Shown one piece after another: positions 29,951 through 39,787 of a stretch of DNA of 47,766 nucleotides. Under the pieces are notes generated by a model, which saw nothing but the letters and a program-made list of their open reading frames with translations, did not search any database and was not told where the DNA came from. The stretch lies in sequence record DRR723986_9818; one strand, 5' to 3'. A program made the position numbers and the translations under genes. The stretch's first letter is position 1, and every line of letters starts with the position of its first letter.

Positions 29951-30439
29951 ATGGAAAGCTTCCCCCAGCTACGGATTGGTTTGGGTCACGATACGCATCG
30001 ACTCGAGGCCGGGGGGCCACTGCGTATTGGTGGGATTGATATCGATTTTGATGGGCACTTAGTTGGTCACAGCGACGCCGATGTGCTGCTGCACGCGATT
30101 ACGGACGCACTGCTGGGCGCAAGCGGCCTGGGTGACATCGGAGAGATGTATCCCGACACCGCTCAGGAGAACTTGGGGCGGGATTCAGCAGAGATGCTCA
30201 AGGCGGCCGCTCAGCGAGTGACTCAAGCAGGATGGAAGATCGTCAATCTGGACTGTGTCGTTCTCGCGCAGCGTCCCAAGCTGTTGCCTCATCGTGATCG
30301 TATACAGCGTCGCATTGCGGAGATCCTTGACATTGAGCCTGCAATGATCGGCCTGAAAGGGAAGACCGGCGAGAAAGCAGGCGATGTTGGGCAGGGCAGA
30401 ATTATCCAGACTATTTGCAATTGCTTGCTGCAGAAGTAA
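29951..30439 (+). CDS. ispF: 2-C-methyl-D-erythritol 2,4-cyclodiphosphate synthase
   Basis: RIGLGHDTHRL, GHSDADVLLHAITDALLGA, GDIG, KGKTGE. Confidence 0.95.
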   Translation: MESFPQLRIGLGHDTHRLEAGGPLRIGGIDIDFDGHLVGHSDADVLLHAITDALLGASGLGDIGEMYPDTAQENLGRDSAEMLKAAAQRVTQAGWKIVNLDCVVLAQRPKLLPHRDRIQRRIAEILDIEPAMIGLKGKTGEKAGDVGQGRIIQTICNCLLQK

Positions 30440-30444
30440 GCCAC

Positions 30445-31104
30445 TTACATGGTTGAACTGCGGGCTACGCATTCCAGTAAGAACTCGATGATCTCGATGT
30501 GGCGAAACGCTTCCGCCACATCTTTCCCCCAGGTGTAAATTCCGTGGCGACGAATGATGTAACTATGTGCTATCGGATTTTCTTGGCTGTAAGCTCTAAC
30601 GCGTTCTGCTAGCTCTGGGATGTCCTGCGTGTTTTCGAAGATTGGCAACCATTCACTATGCTCGTGAGTGCCGACACCACTGAGGCCTTTGAGCATCTCG
30701 TAGCCTTCTAACCGGATCCCGCCTTGAGGTGCAAAACGGTCCGATAAAATCGTTGACCATACGCTATGCGTGTGCAAGACTGCACCGACGCTGGAATCTT
30801 CAGCAGCCAAACAGTGCAGCATAGTTTCGGCCGATGATTTGGGTTGGCCGTCTATGGTCGGCTTGCCGTCTGCATCGCAAAGCACAAAATCATTTGGGCC
30901 CAGTTTGCCCTTGTGCTTGCCGCTTGCAGTAACCAGCAGCGTCAGCGGATCACGCTGTACGATTGCGCTGTAATTACTGCTTGTGCCGACGCTCCATCCG
31001 CGATTCCAAAACACGCGTCCCGACTCTCGAAGAGCCTCGATTTCTTCGGAGTAAGGCTGCAGGTGTTCCGCTAGTGCTTCGTCAGTCGGTTGTTCTTCAG
31101 ACAA
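30445..31104 (-). CDS. mtnB: Methylthioribulose-1-phosphate dehydratase
   Basis: Class II aldolase fold: GWSVGTSSNYS, SSAETMLH, VLHTHS, YEMLKGL, HGIYTWG. Confidence 0.92.
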   Translation of the reverse strand: MSEEQPTDEALAEHLQPYSEEIEALRESGRVFWNRGWSVGTSSNYSAIVQRDPLTLLVTASGKHKGKLGPNDFVLCDADGKPTIDGQPKSSAETMLHCLAAEDSSVGAVLHTHSVWSTILSDRFAPQGGIRLEGYEMLKGLSGVGTHEHSEWLPIFENTQDIPELAERVRAYSQENPIAHSYIIRRHGIYTWGKDVAEAFRHIEIIEFLLECVARSSTM

Positions 31105-31180
31105 TGTTATGCTCCCGAGGTTGAGTGTCGATTAGGGTGCCAAAGAGGTCGAGATGCACGGCGTTTGGCGGCGTCGCTCG

Positions 31181-31756
31181 CTAGCTGTGCATTCGCGGAA
31201 GCGGATTGCCCTTGCCAATGATTTTTGATTCTTCTTCAGCCAGTTCGCTCAACCTTGCTTTGACAGTTTCGTCGGATGCAAACTGCTTCGCGAGTCGAAC
31301 GTAGGTTGTGTGGTGTCTCGCCTCTGACTCGAACAGCGATCGGTAGAATTCTGCCAGCTCTGTGTCGTCGATGTGTTCTGCGAGTAAATTGAAACGTTCG
31401 CAACTACGGGCTTCGATGAGTCCAGCGACCAGTAGACGGTCGACGGCTCGGTTCGGTTCGTGGGGGCGGACCAGTGTGTTAAGTTCTTTTCCGTAGTGGC
31501 CTGCTTGCAGCTTGCGGAACTCAATTCCTCGGCTTTCGAGCAATTTGATCACCATGTGGAAGTGCTCAAGCTCTTCTTCCACGATGCGCGTCATCTCGAC
31601 GCACAGGTCCTGGTTGTCAATGTACGAACCCATCAGACTCATTGCAGTTGCCGCAGCTTTGTGTTCGCAATGAGCGTGGTCAATCAGGACTTCTTCTAGG
31701 GACGGCTTGACCTGCTGGATCCAGTTTAGGGACGAGTCGCTTTTGAGGCTGAGCAT
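31181..31756 (-). CDS. miaE: tRNA-(ms2io6A37) hydroxylase, ferritin-like diiron
   Basis: DHAHCEHKAA, EELEHF, IEARSCERF, SEARHH; C-terminus RMHS. Confidence 0.93.
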   Translation of the reverse strand: MLSLKSDSSLNWIQQVKPSLEEVLIDHAHCEHKAAATAMSLMGSYIDNQDLCVEMTRIVEEELEHFHMVIKLLESRGIEFRKLQAGHYGKELNTLVRPHEPNRAVDRLLVAGLIEARSCERFNLLAEHIDDTELAEFYRSLFESEARHHTTYVRLAKQFASDETVKARLSELAEEESKIIGKGNPLPRMHS

Positions 31757-32037
31757 GACTGTGGCTTGGTTACAAATGAAGGTTGTTGCTTCTGGCGGGA
31801 TGCGCGCAGGCGGTGGAATCGACTATTAAAGCAATGACCGGCTGTCTTGCCCAGAACACTGATCGATTGCAGACGCGGTGGCACTATCTTCGGAATAGTC
31901 GCACCAATCCGTACAGGCCCGTTCATTTATCTCTGGCAGCGGGCCATTCGTCCTACGCTGGTCATCTAGAAAGTTCTATTCATTGCATGAGGAATCCCGT
32001 CTTAGCCCTAAACAGATCCACATGCGAAGGTGAATCG

Positions 32038-33069
32038 ATGCTAATCGTGCTCTACACTGCGATCGCCGTATTTGCGTTGACCGCACTCTTTTTCGGCGTG
32101 ATCTACCCGTTTGTTTGCATTGTGGAATGTGCCCTTTCGAAAAAGATCAAGGGTTCATCGAAGATCATCTGGATCGTCGTAACGTTCATTACTGGGATCG
32201 TCGGGGCCGCCGCCTACACCTTCTTGGCAATGCAACCATCGAAGCTGCGAAGCCTGTCCTTTCGCGGAATGGCGGTGGGACTGCTGAGCTTTCTCACCAT
32301 TGCGGGGCTACTTGCTACCCAACCACAATTACGGCAGACGCTCGCGGCGTTCGATCGTTCTGATGCGTCTGCGACAGCGGGATTGGTGGCTGGGCAGTTG
32401 AATGCTGCACAGTCGAATTCAGATCAGGCGGCTTCAGATCAGCCGAATGCTGACCAGTCTTTTGAACACCAGGCGGCATCTGGGAATCTCTCTCGCGGCG
32501 CGAGCGAGGGCTCCAGTAGCGTTCAAGAAGTCGCCAGTCAGGCTGATGCCAGCGAGAGCCTCGCCGATATCGAATGGCCCTCGGAGCTAACTTGGGCCGC
32601 TGGGGAAGCCGAGCTGGCAGAATCATTGCAGCAGCTACAAGGGTCCATCAAGCAGCTTGTCGGGCAAGCCACTGCAGCTAAAACGAGCGACGGCGTTCGC
32701 GAAGAGACGCGTTTCGAGGCTGAAGTCGCTGCTAGCAGTGCCCCGCAACGGAGTGAAGCTGGTGTTCAAAGCCAAGAACGGAGCGAGTTACCTGCCGGTA
32801 AGTTCACAGCGGCAGGTTCCGATGCTAACGAAGCCAACAATTCTCAAGCTCTATCGACAGACGAACAAAGGCCTGCGGGCAAGAGTCGTGTGGATGCAAT
32901 GCCAAGCGTGTTAGAAGGCGCTCAATTGAAAACGCAAGCAGAAACGGCACCTCGTTCTGTAAGCCGGCGGTCAACAGGTCCCGTCAATCGGTACCGTGCT
33001 GGAGGGTATGCGCCGAGTCAGTATCGTGCACCGGTTCCCTACGTCCGGAATCGTTACACCGGACAGTAG
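32038..33069 (+). CDS. Hypothetical membrane protein (PLDc_N-like TM region plus low-complexity tail)
   Basis: Three N-terminal hydrophobic segments including KIIWIVVTFITGIVGAAAY; Ala/Ser/Gln-rich tail; ATG 32038 after AAGGTG. Confidence 0.65.
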   Translation: MLIVLYTAIAVFALTALFFGVIYPFVCIVECALSKKIKGSSKIIWIVVTFITGIVGAAAYTFLAMQPSKLRSLSFRGMAVGLLSFLTIAGLLATQPQLRQTLAAFDRSDASATAGLVAGQLNAAQSNSDQAASDQPNADQSFEHQAASGNLSRGASEGSSSVQEVASQADASESLADIEWPSELTWAAGEAELAESLQQLQGSIKQLVGQATAAKTSDGVREETRFEAEVAASSAPQRSEAGVQSQERSELPAGKFTAAGSDANEANNSQALSTDEQRPAGKSRVDAMPSVLEGAQLKTQAETAPRSVSRRSTGPVNRYRAGGYAPSQYRAPVPYVRNRYTGQ

Positions 33070-33094
33070 TCGCACACGACTCTTGCGGACACAG

Positions 33095-35077
33095 TTATCT
33101 TGCAGGATGGCGTTCGAACCAAGCCATTGCCGCTGATGCGATTCCCTCATGTCCGCCTTCGAATACTGATACGCGGCAATTGGCTGCGGATCGACGAAGG
33201 TAGATGTTGCGGCCAAATGCTGGGTCGAACACTTGGTCGCCCTCTTTCGGTGAAGTGAGCCTCCCGTCCTTCTTCGATAGCTCTTGGATCTCCGTGGAGC
33301 TGATGATTGGAGATCCCTGGGCTTTCGCGATTTGATTGAACGCCTCTAGCGACTGGCGGATCGGCACTGATCCTGTATGGCCATCGTGAATGCCGGTGGC
33401 GATATCGAGGGGTAAGGATCCGATTTGATCTAAATGATAAATCGGTGATCGCTTGCGCAACTCCCGGTCCGTCTCTTCTGACTCGCCCGGTGCGCCACCA
33501 ACGCACTTGCGAAGCATCGCACCGTACTTTCCATCGCGGTGTCGCGCGTGCCAGGCAGCTAGGTCGCTGATGCCAACCCAGGCACTCGCGGCCGCCCACA
33601 GTTCAGGGTGCTTGGCGCTGACCAGCATCGTCATGTGGCCACCACCTGAATTGCCCGTCAAGTAGATCCTCTTCGGGTCGACCGGATAGTGTTCGACGGC
33701 CCAGCTTGCCGCATCGACTACATCTTGTACCGCCGCGTCACTTCCACAGGCAAGCGGGTGATCGTTGACGCCTCGAAAGTTTGGTTGCACAAAGAACCAG
33801 CCCCGTTCATATGCCATCTTTTGAAGCTCTCGATGTTCTTGGTTGAGGTCTCCACTCCAGCTATGCAAACTGATGACCATCGGCTGCAGTGTTTGCTTCG
33901 GTAAGTTCATCGACGCTTGCTCTTGTTTTGCCCGGCAACCACTGGGGACCGTTACAAAGAGTTCTTGTTTCGATTGATCAAAACTGCTTTCGAATTGGAA
34001 TTTCTGTCTACTTGGCGTCGAGTTTATCGTCAGCTTCGCTAGGAAGATCGACGTATTGGGGCTCCCATCTTCTTTTGTTTCGTGAGATGAATACCAGGAG
34101 ACTAACGCCTCTGAGTCTGACAACGGAATGAATCCTGGGTAGGAGTTGTCGCCGCCGCTGGGAAGTTCTGCAATGCGTGTCAGTTCGCGGTCGTGCAACC
34201 AAAACAGGTGAGTTTTAGGCCCTGAGGGCGTGTTGCAGCGGCCACCGACGATCAAGTGGCCTGCCCATCTGGCTAGCATTGGCCCGCCGATATACTCAGG
34301 CAGCTCGGTCCTCTTCCACTGCTGATAGGGTGGGTTAGATTCAACGAGTTGTGCATTGCCGCGTCCACGACGTGAAACACCGAGGACATGGCCCTGATGT
34401 GAAAACAAGAATGCCGTCTCGTCCCCTGAAGTCTCTTGATAGAGGCCCTGAGTCGTGAAACGCAGCCCATCTTCACTGACTAGCATCGCCGATTGGACGG
34501 TAGTGTCCTTCCGGTTGCGTTGGTCGAAGCCGATCTTTCGGCGACCGCACAGATACATACGTTCGCCGTACTGGGCCGCCCTCCAGATATAGTGACCGTA
34601 GGTGCCCTCCAGCATTGTGGGGGGCGACCAGTCGGTTCCGTTGTCGGTGTAGATGGCGTAGCCTAAGTGCCGGTTTAGATCATAGTCTGCCGGTGCAGGG
34701 CTAGTCGAACCGCAATACCACGTGCCACTGTAAACAAAGAGTCGCTCACCGAGCACAGCAAAGTGCGGATCGCGAACGTCTCTCTGGTCGACAGAAAATC
34801 TGGTTACTTCATTCCACTTGAGGCCGTCGGCACTATTGAGCACGACAATCTCGCTGGTGGGATGGACCATGTGGCCATCGGGGCAAGTCCTGAAAGTCAG
34901 CCAGAACTGATCCTTGTATCGGATCATGTCGGTGAACGCATTGTGCTGACCGTCGTCAAACACCTTGCGTACGTCCCGCACTTGCACGCTCGGAAGCTCC
35001 GCGGCCATGGCAGGAAGCGCATTGGCGAGCAGCAACGCAATCGTCGGAAGTTTTGCAACAAACCTGAGAAGGGACAT
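33095..35077 (-). CDS. Exported fusion: sialidase/BNR-like beta-propeller plus S9-type alpha/beta hydrolase
   Basis: Signal AMA-AE; HNAFTD, RDPH, SADGLKW, TDNGTDW, GGDNSYPG; then LHSWS, GNSGGG, FEGGHE. Confidence 0.8.
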   Translation of the reverse strand: MSLLRFVAKLPTIALLLANALPAMAAELPSVQVRDVRKVFDDGQHNAFTDMIRYKDQFWLTFRTCPDGHMVHPTSEIVVLNSADGLKWNEVTRFSVDQRDVRDPHFAVLGERLFVYSGTWYCGSTSPAPADYDLNRHLGYAIYTDNGTDWSPPTMLEGTYGHYIWRAAQYGERMYLCGRRKIGFDQRNRKDTTVQSAMLVSEDGLRFTTQGLYQETSGDETAFLFSHQGHVLGVSRRGRGNAQLVESNPPYQQWKRTELPEYIGGPMLARWAGHLIVGGRCNTPSGPKTHLFWLHDRELTRIAELPSGGDNSYPGFIPLSDSEALVSWYSSHETKEDGSPNTSIFLAKLTINSTPSRQKFQFESSFDQSKQELFVTVPSGCRAKQEQASMNLPKQTLQPMVISLHSWSGDLNQEHRELQKMAYERGWFFVQPNFRGVNDHPLACGSDAAVQDVVDAASWAVEHYPVDPKRIYLTGNSGGGHMTMLVSAKHPELWAAASAWVGISDLAAWHARHRDGKYGAMLRKCVGGAPGESEETDRELRKRSPIYHLDQIGSLPLDIATGIHDGHTGSVPIRQSLEAFNQIAKAQGSPIISSTEIQELSKKDGRLTSPKEGDQVFDPAFGRNIYLRRSAANCRVSVFEGGHEGIASAAMAWFERHPAR

Positions 35078-35177
35078 CGGACCGCCTTTCAATTCATTCT
35101 TGAGAAGGCGTCTATCCTATCGCTTCGCGCGTGGCTCATGTTGCCCGGCGGCAGGCACTTCTGCTCTCCGGGAGAAA

Positions 35178-36200
35178 CTAGCGCTGTGGAACGTCTGCTG
35201 AAGGCGGGGCAGCGTGAATCTTGCCTGGTTCCTCAGTGGTCAGTTCTGTTGAATCAGCCAACTCGCACGAAATCAGAATCACCGGCGTAACGTCGACCTT
35301 GGTCGCGGAAACGTTCTTGAAGAGACGACCTACATAGGGGATCCGGCCCAGCACTGGGACCCGGGTCTGCTTCTTGACTACGCGCGAAATTGGACTCCCG
35401 CTTACTGCAACGGTTCCGCCGACCGGAATGTTCAATTCGGTTTGAATCTGATTGGATGCAAGACTCGGCTGGTCGACGGTGAAAGGCCCTGCCTCTGTTT
35501 CGAACGTAAACTGATCGACGTTTTTCAATTCCGTATGGTCATAGTCGAACTGCAGACGCACTTGTTGGCCCGACTGGTTAAGCTTTCCCGTGACCTTGAT
35601 GTGTGTACCGACAGATTTGCTCGTGATGATAGGTTGAATTTTCGTTTCGCCATCGCCTTCCTCTTCCTTAACGAACTTGCACGACGTCACGAATGGCATC
35701 TCCGCGCCAGAGAAAAGCTCCGCAGATTCACCGTCGTAGGCGATGATTTTCGGTGCCATGAGAACGTTGCCGGTGTCTAGGAGTTTTCGGATGGTTTTGT
35801 CGTCAATTGCACCGGAGAATTTGATGGGCTTCGAAGGAGCCGAATACGATGCTTGTTGGACCACATTGGCATCCTGAGAGTCATCGGAAGAAGATGAGGC
35901 CGGTGCAACAGCCGGTGCAGCGTTCAGCTTAGAAGCAGCGTTCTTTGCAGGCGCGATTAGCTTGCTCGTCTCGTCGGTTGGTACTTCTACAATGCGAATG
36001 ACATACAGGATCGCATCAGATGCTGACGCGGCTGTTGTGCCGCTAGTGGTTTGCGTGACGGACTCGGTCGGTTCCTGCGGCCGTGGGGAATCTTGGGCTT
36101 GCAAGCTGCCTGGGCCAGTTAGCGTGGCCGCGGTACCCAAAATGAACGCAATCTTGATCCAATCCGGGCAACGACGATGACATCCATGTCCCAATCGCAT
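35178..36200 (-). CDS. Secretin-like (type II/III secretion system protein) C-terminal domain protein
   Basis: VLMAPKIIAYDGESAEL and VPVLGRIPYVGRLFKN secretin-like motifs; signal peptide (LQA-QD). Confidence 0.78.
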   Translation of the reverse strand: MRLGHGCHRRCPDWIKIAFILGTAATLTGPGSLQAQDSPRPQEPTESVTQTTSGTTAASASDAILYVIRIVEVPTDETSKLIAPAKNAASKLNAAPAVAPASSSSDDSQDANVVQQASYSAPSKPIKFSGAIDDKTIRKLLDTGNVLMAPKIIAYDGESAELFSGAEMPFVTSCKFVKEEEGDGETKIQPIITSKSVGTHIKVTGKLNQSGQQVRLQFDYDHTELKNVDQFTFETEAGPFTVDQPSLASNQIQTELNIPVGGTVAVSGSPISRVVKKQTRVPVLGRIPYVGRLFKNVSATKVDVTPVILISCELADSTELTTEEPGKIHAAPPSADVPQR

Positions 36201-36338
36201 AACTATCTCCAGGCGTGAGAACTATCTTCTGTTCGTTCCCTCACCAGGAACGAGTCTTCGCGCGATCATAGCAACGATTTCTCGATCATGTACAGACTGA
36301 ACAGACTCGACTAATTGCTGGTCGATTGGGAGTCCTGA

Positions 36339-38837
36339 TCAGGGATTTGATTCTGGATTGGCATTTTCGTCACGAATCTTCGGCAGTTTCCGTGAGAGCT
36401 CGTCGCCGCCCCGTGCGTCCTCAAGAGCTTCGTCGGTGCTTTCTGGATCAACGCTACGGCAACAAGCGGAAAGGCGGTCGATCAGATCGTCAAAGCGGTC
36501 TTCCCACTCCTCTTCGGGAACTTCGGCGGGTGGTATCGACGCCATCTCATCGAGCAGCAAGATGAGCCGGAGGAGGTGTCGGAAGATAATGCCCTCCTGT
36601 TTCTGAAGTCCCTTGGCAACGATGTACTTGTTGAAGTTGCCTCCAAATTCGAGAACTTCAACAGCGACGTGAACCGGCGTAGTTCGGACATCGTGCACGT
36701 TCGGGTAGTCAAACTGAAACAGTCGACGAAGCTTCTCGCCTATCGTGATGACCCAAACCGGTTCTTCATCGAAGACACCGTGTCCGCGCCGTCTCTGAGG
36801 TCCATCTTCGTCGTCTTGTTGTTTGCCGACCAGTTCTTCTTGTGTGGCAAGTCCCAATTCGAGTAGTTGGTGGTCTAGGCGTGTTGTCGACAAGGGACCG
36901 GGCGGGAGTTCTTCAATTTTGGGAACACGAACATGTCTGGCAACCGTGCCAGACAGGTCTAGCGTGCTCTCAAGTGCAAGGAGGCGTTCTGTGTCGTCGG
37001 CGATTGCGAGGTGCCCCGCCAGGAAAGCCCCGTAGAGTGGGTTGATACTGCGTAGGCGAACGAGCAGCGAGAGTCGTTCTGTCGGGTGTGCGAATTCGGG
37101 CGAGTACTCTTTGAGCTCGTAACCACGTGATGCGTCGGGTGTGCCTTCCTCCTCGGGCGTTTCATCTTTTGTGCCAGCTTCTTCTTTCGCTGCCGCAACT
37201 AGTTCGCCCAACCCCGCCGCGTCAAAGAGCCCACCAGAGCTTGCTTTTTCGGGTTCGGCGTCCTGCTTCGGCTTCGCCGCAGACTTGGGGCGCGGCTTGG
37301 GGTCCAGCTCGATGTAACCGCCTGTCCACAGGGTGACAAGCATTTGATTCAGTCGTTCGTGAGCCTTCTCCTTCTGCTTTTCGTCAAGCAGCCGTTTCCC
37401 AACCATGTCTCGGAGCGGCTGTACCCTGGGCGATTGGAGAAGAAGATAAGCGAGTAGCCGCCAGGGAAGGTTGCCTTTGCTGACCAGGTTGGCCGACGCT
37501 CCGTCGCGGAGTTTGTTGAAGTGGTCTTCCGTCCAGTAGGTTTCGCCCTGACGACGTTTGGGCATCTTCTTCTTGAGAGCCTTTTTCGCCCTCAGCAGAC
37601 CGGGGTCTTTTGTGTCTTCTGGGATCGAATCAAACTTTTCCTTCCATCGAAGGTGCTTCACGTCGTCTTCGTGAGCCATCGCGTAAACGAAGCCTTGGTC
37701 GTCATACTGGGGGCGACCGGCACGACCGAAGATTTGTTGAGCGGTAGCCGTTTCCACTAGTTTGCGTCGCGACTTTGGCCCTTTCATGATTGATGGAAGG
37801 ACGACACTTCGAGCCGGAAGATTAATTCCCGCTGAAAGTGTCTCTGTACAAACGGTTACGCTGAGCAGCTTTTTTTGAAACAGCTCCTCAACGACGCGTC
37901 GGTACTTTGGCAGGATACCAGCATGGTGAACGCCAACGCCGCGGCCGAGCAATGATTTCAGTTTAGGGCCAGCCCCCTCGGACCAATCGTGTTGTTCAAT
38001 TTCAGCGATCAGCTCTTTCTGTTTTGCTTTGTCAAGAACCTTCTTGCCCTTGAGAAGCTCCGCTACTTGCCAGCATTCGTCTCGGTTGAAGCAAAATATC
38101 AGAGCAGGCGTGCGTCTAGCTTCCTCGCTGCCAGCAGCCATCTTCTCGATCCATTCATCAAGCAGATGGTCGTTGACCCAGTTGAAGCTGAGGGGCACTT
38201 TTCTTTCGTGGCCTTCGACGAGTTCTAGATCGCGATTCAGATTCCTGGCCATCCATCGCGTAAAGTCGTAGCTGTTGCCGACCGTCGCGCTCAGCAACAG
38301 TGTGCGCACGTGTTCGGGCAGCATTCCAAGTGTCAGCTCCCAAACGATCCCGCGTTCTGGATCGTTGAAACTGTGGAATTCATCCATAACAACGCCCGAA
38401 ACATTTTCAAAATCAAAACTCTCTGGTTGTAGTAGTCGGTTGAGTAGAATTTCGGCGACAACGACAAGAATCGGAGCGTCGCCGTTTACCTTGCGATTGC
38501 CAGTGACGAGTCCAACGTCCGTTTCTTTGAAGCCCCATCGCACCGCGGAAGCTTGGATCTCGAGCAGCTTTTGGTCTGTCAATGCGATCAGCGGCGTCGT
38601 GTAGTAGCACTGCTTGCCGGTCCTGAGCGCTTCGTAGATCGCGGCTTCGGCAATTAGCGTTTTGCCAGTGCCCGTAGGCGCGCAAACAAGCACGCCTTGC
38701 TTTGCGGCGAACCACGCTAGCAAAGCTTCCTCTTGAATGGGGTAGGGCGTGAACGGCAGGGTCTCCAGATATTCAACCGCTAGTGAGTCTCGGTCCAAAT
38801 TGTTGTTCTGAAGATTTTCGTCGCTGTTGGGGGGCAT
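36339..38837 (-). CDS. Ski2/HelY-like DEAD/DEAH-box helicase
   Basis: APTGTGKT, DEFH, SAT, HHAG, TETLSAGINLPA, QIFGRAGR; start ATG 38837 (ORF open to 38948). Confidence 0.92.
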   Translation of the reverse strand: MPPNSDENLQNNNLDRDSLAVEYLETLPFTPYPIQEEALLAWFAAKQGVLVCAPTGTGKTLIAEAAIYEALRTGKQCYYTTPLIALTDQKLLEIQASAVRWGFKETDVGLVTGNRKVNGDAPILVVVAEILLNRLLQPESFDFENVSGVVMDEFHSFNDPERGIVWELTLGMLPEHVRTLLLSATVGNSYDFTRWMARNLNRDLELVEGHERKVPLSFNWVNDHLLDEWIEKMAAGSEEARRTPALIFCFNRDECWQVAELLKGKKVLDKAKQKELIAEIEQHDWSEGAGPKLKSLLGRGVGVHHAGILPKYRRVVEELFQKKLLSVTVCTETLSAGINLPARSVVLPSIMKGPKSRRKLVETATAQQIFGRAGRPQYDDQGFVYAMAHEDDVKHLRWKEKFDSIPEDTKDPGLLRAKKALKKKMPKRRQGETYWTEDHFNKLRDGASANLVSKGNLPWRLLAYLLLQSPRVQPLRDMVGKRLLDEKQKEKAHERLNQMLVTLWTGGYIELDPKPRPKSAAKPKQDAEPEKASSGGLFDAAGLGELVAAAKEEAGTKDETPEEEGTPDASRGYELKEYSPEFAHPTERLSLLVRLRSINPLYGAFLAGHLAIADDTERLLALESTLDLSGTVARHVRVPKIEELPPGPLSTTRLDHQLLELGLATQEELVGKQQDDEDGPQRRRGHGVFDEEPVWVITIGEKLRRLFQFDYPNVHDVRTTPVHVAVEVLEFGGNFNKYIVAKGLQKQEGIIFRHLLRLILLLDEMASIPPAEVPEEEWEDRFDDLIDRLSACCRSVDPESTDEALEDARGGDELSRKLPKIRDENANPESNP

Positions 38838-39102
38838 GCTGACTACCGATTGGCTGTCGACTGGGAGTGGATTGAAATTGTTACGCAACGGATGTAGTTT
38901 CGACTCCGAGAGTGAGTTTATACAGAAAGAGGCTGCTCGACGTAACATGCCCGAATTGCTTCACTTACGTGAAAAGCCGGAACAGTCTGACGGTTTGGCC
39001 CAGCGTTTGCATCAAAACTGAGGGCGTAGGCGACGCTTGATCGGGAGGAGCACCGAAGAGCCGCCGCGATGAATTGCCAGGATCCAAACAGGGAGGAAAG
39101 CC

Positions 39103-39390
39103 ATGGCACGAAAAACAAAGAGGGCCAGGAGGGCGTCGTTGGCCGGTTTCGCACTGGAACTAGCAACCATAGTCGGGTTGATAGGTTTCGCTCAGCCCGA
39201 GCTGGTAGCCGAAGCGTTAAACCACGTCGACACACTCGTCGGCCGTTCTTCTGAGGAAGTTCTGCCAGTGGCCACGCCTGCAATTGGCCATATCAACGAT
39301 CTGCCGCCAAGTCCTGATCTGGTGCTTCCGCCAGTGATTGATCGCCGCGACTGGTTGCCAGGCTACTTCGATGTGGCTGCGGCAAGATAA
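39103..39390 (+). CDS. Small hypothetical membrane/exported protein
   Basis: Strong GGAGG RBS; basic N-terminus, hydrophobic stretch, Pro-rich tail; fills an intergenic gap without overlap. Confidence 0.6.
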   Translation: MARKTKRARRASLAGFALELATIVGLIGFAQPELVAEALNHVDTLVGRSSEEVLPVATPAIGHINDLPPSPDLVLPPVIDRRDWLPGYFDVAAAR

Positions 39391-39418
39391 GCGGCCAGTT
39401 GCAGCTTAAGCGGAGCGT

Positions 39419-39775
39419 CTAGACTTCCTTGTTGTTCAGCCGCAATTGTTCGAGGGCTGCTTGAAAACCATCAATGGCGTCCTTTTGCAACTTCTTGAAA
39501 TCTGCAAGCCAAGCTCTCCCGCTATCGGCGGCTCCAGCTCCATGAGCTCGCAAATACGACTCGATGCCTTTGCCGTGATGGTAATAACGATGTAGTTCAT
39601 AAGACGCTACAAGTTCACCGCATTTGGCGCATCGAACATAGACAAGCATCGGCTTGCCGGGTTCGCGGACGATGATGTCTCGGACGTCTATAGAATGGCA
39701 GTTCTGGCAGGTTTGGCGATGAACTTCGATATTGGGCCTAGCATCGTTGCCGTCCTGATTCGGTTCAGCGTTCAT
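39419..39775 (-). CDS. Hypothetical zinc-ribbon protein
   Basis: CQNC and CAKC pairs; 12 bp downstream of the DASS gene. Confidence 0.72.
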   Translation of the reverse strand: MNAEPNQDGNDARPNIEVHRQTCQNCHSIDVRDIIVREPGKPMLVYVRCAKCGELVASYELHRYYHHGKGIESYLRAHGAGAADSGRAWLADFKKLQKDAIDGFQAALEQLRLNNKEV

Positions 39776-39787
39776 GCGTTCGTTCCC

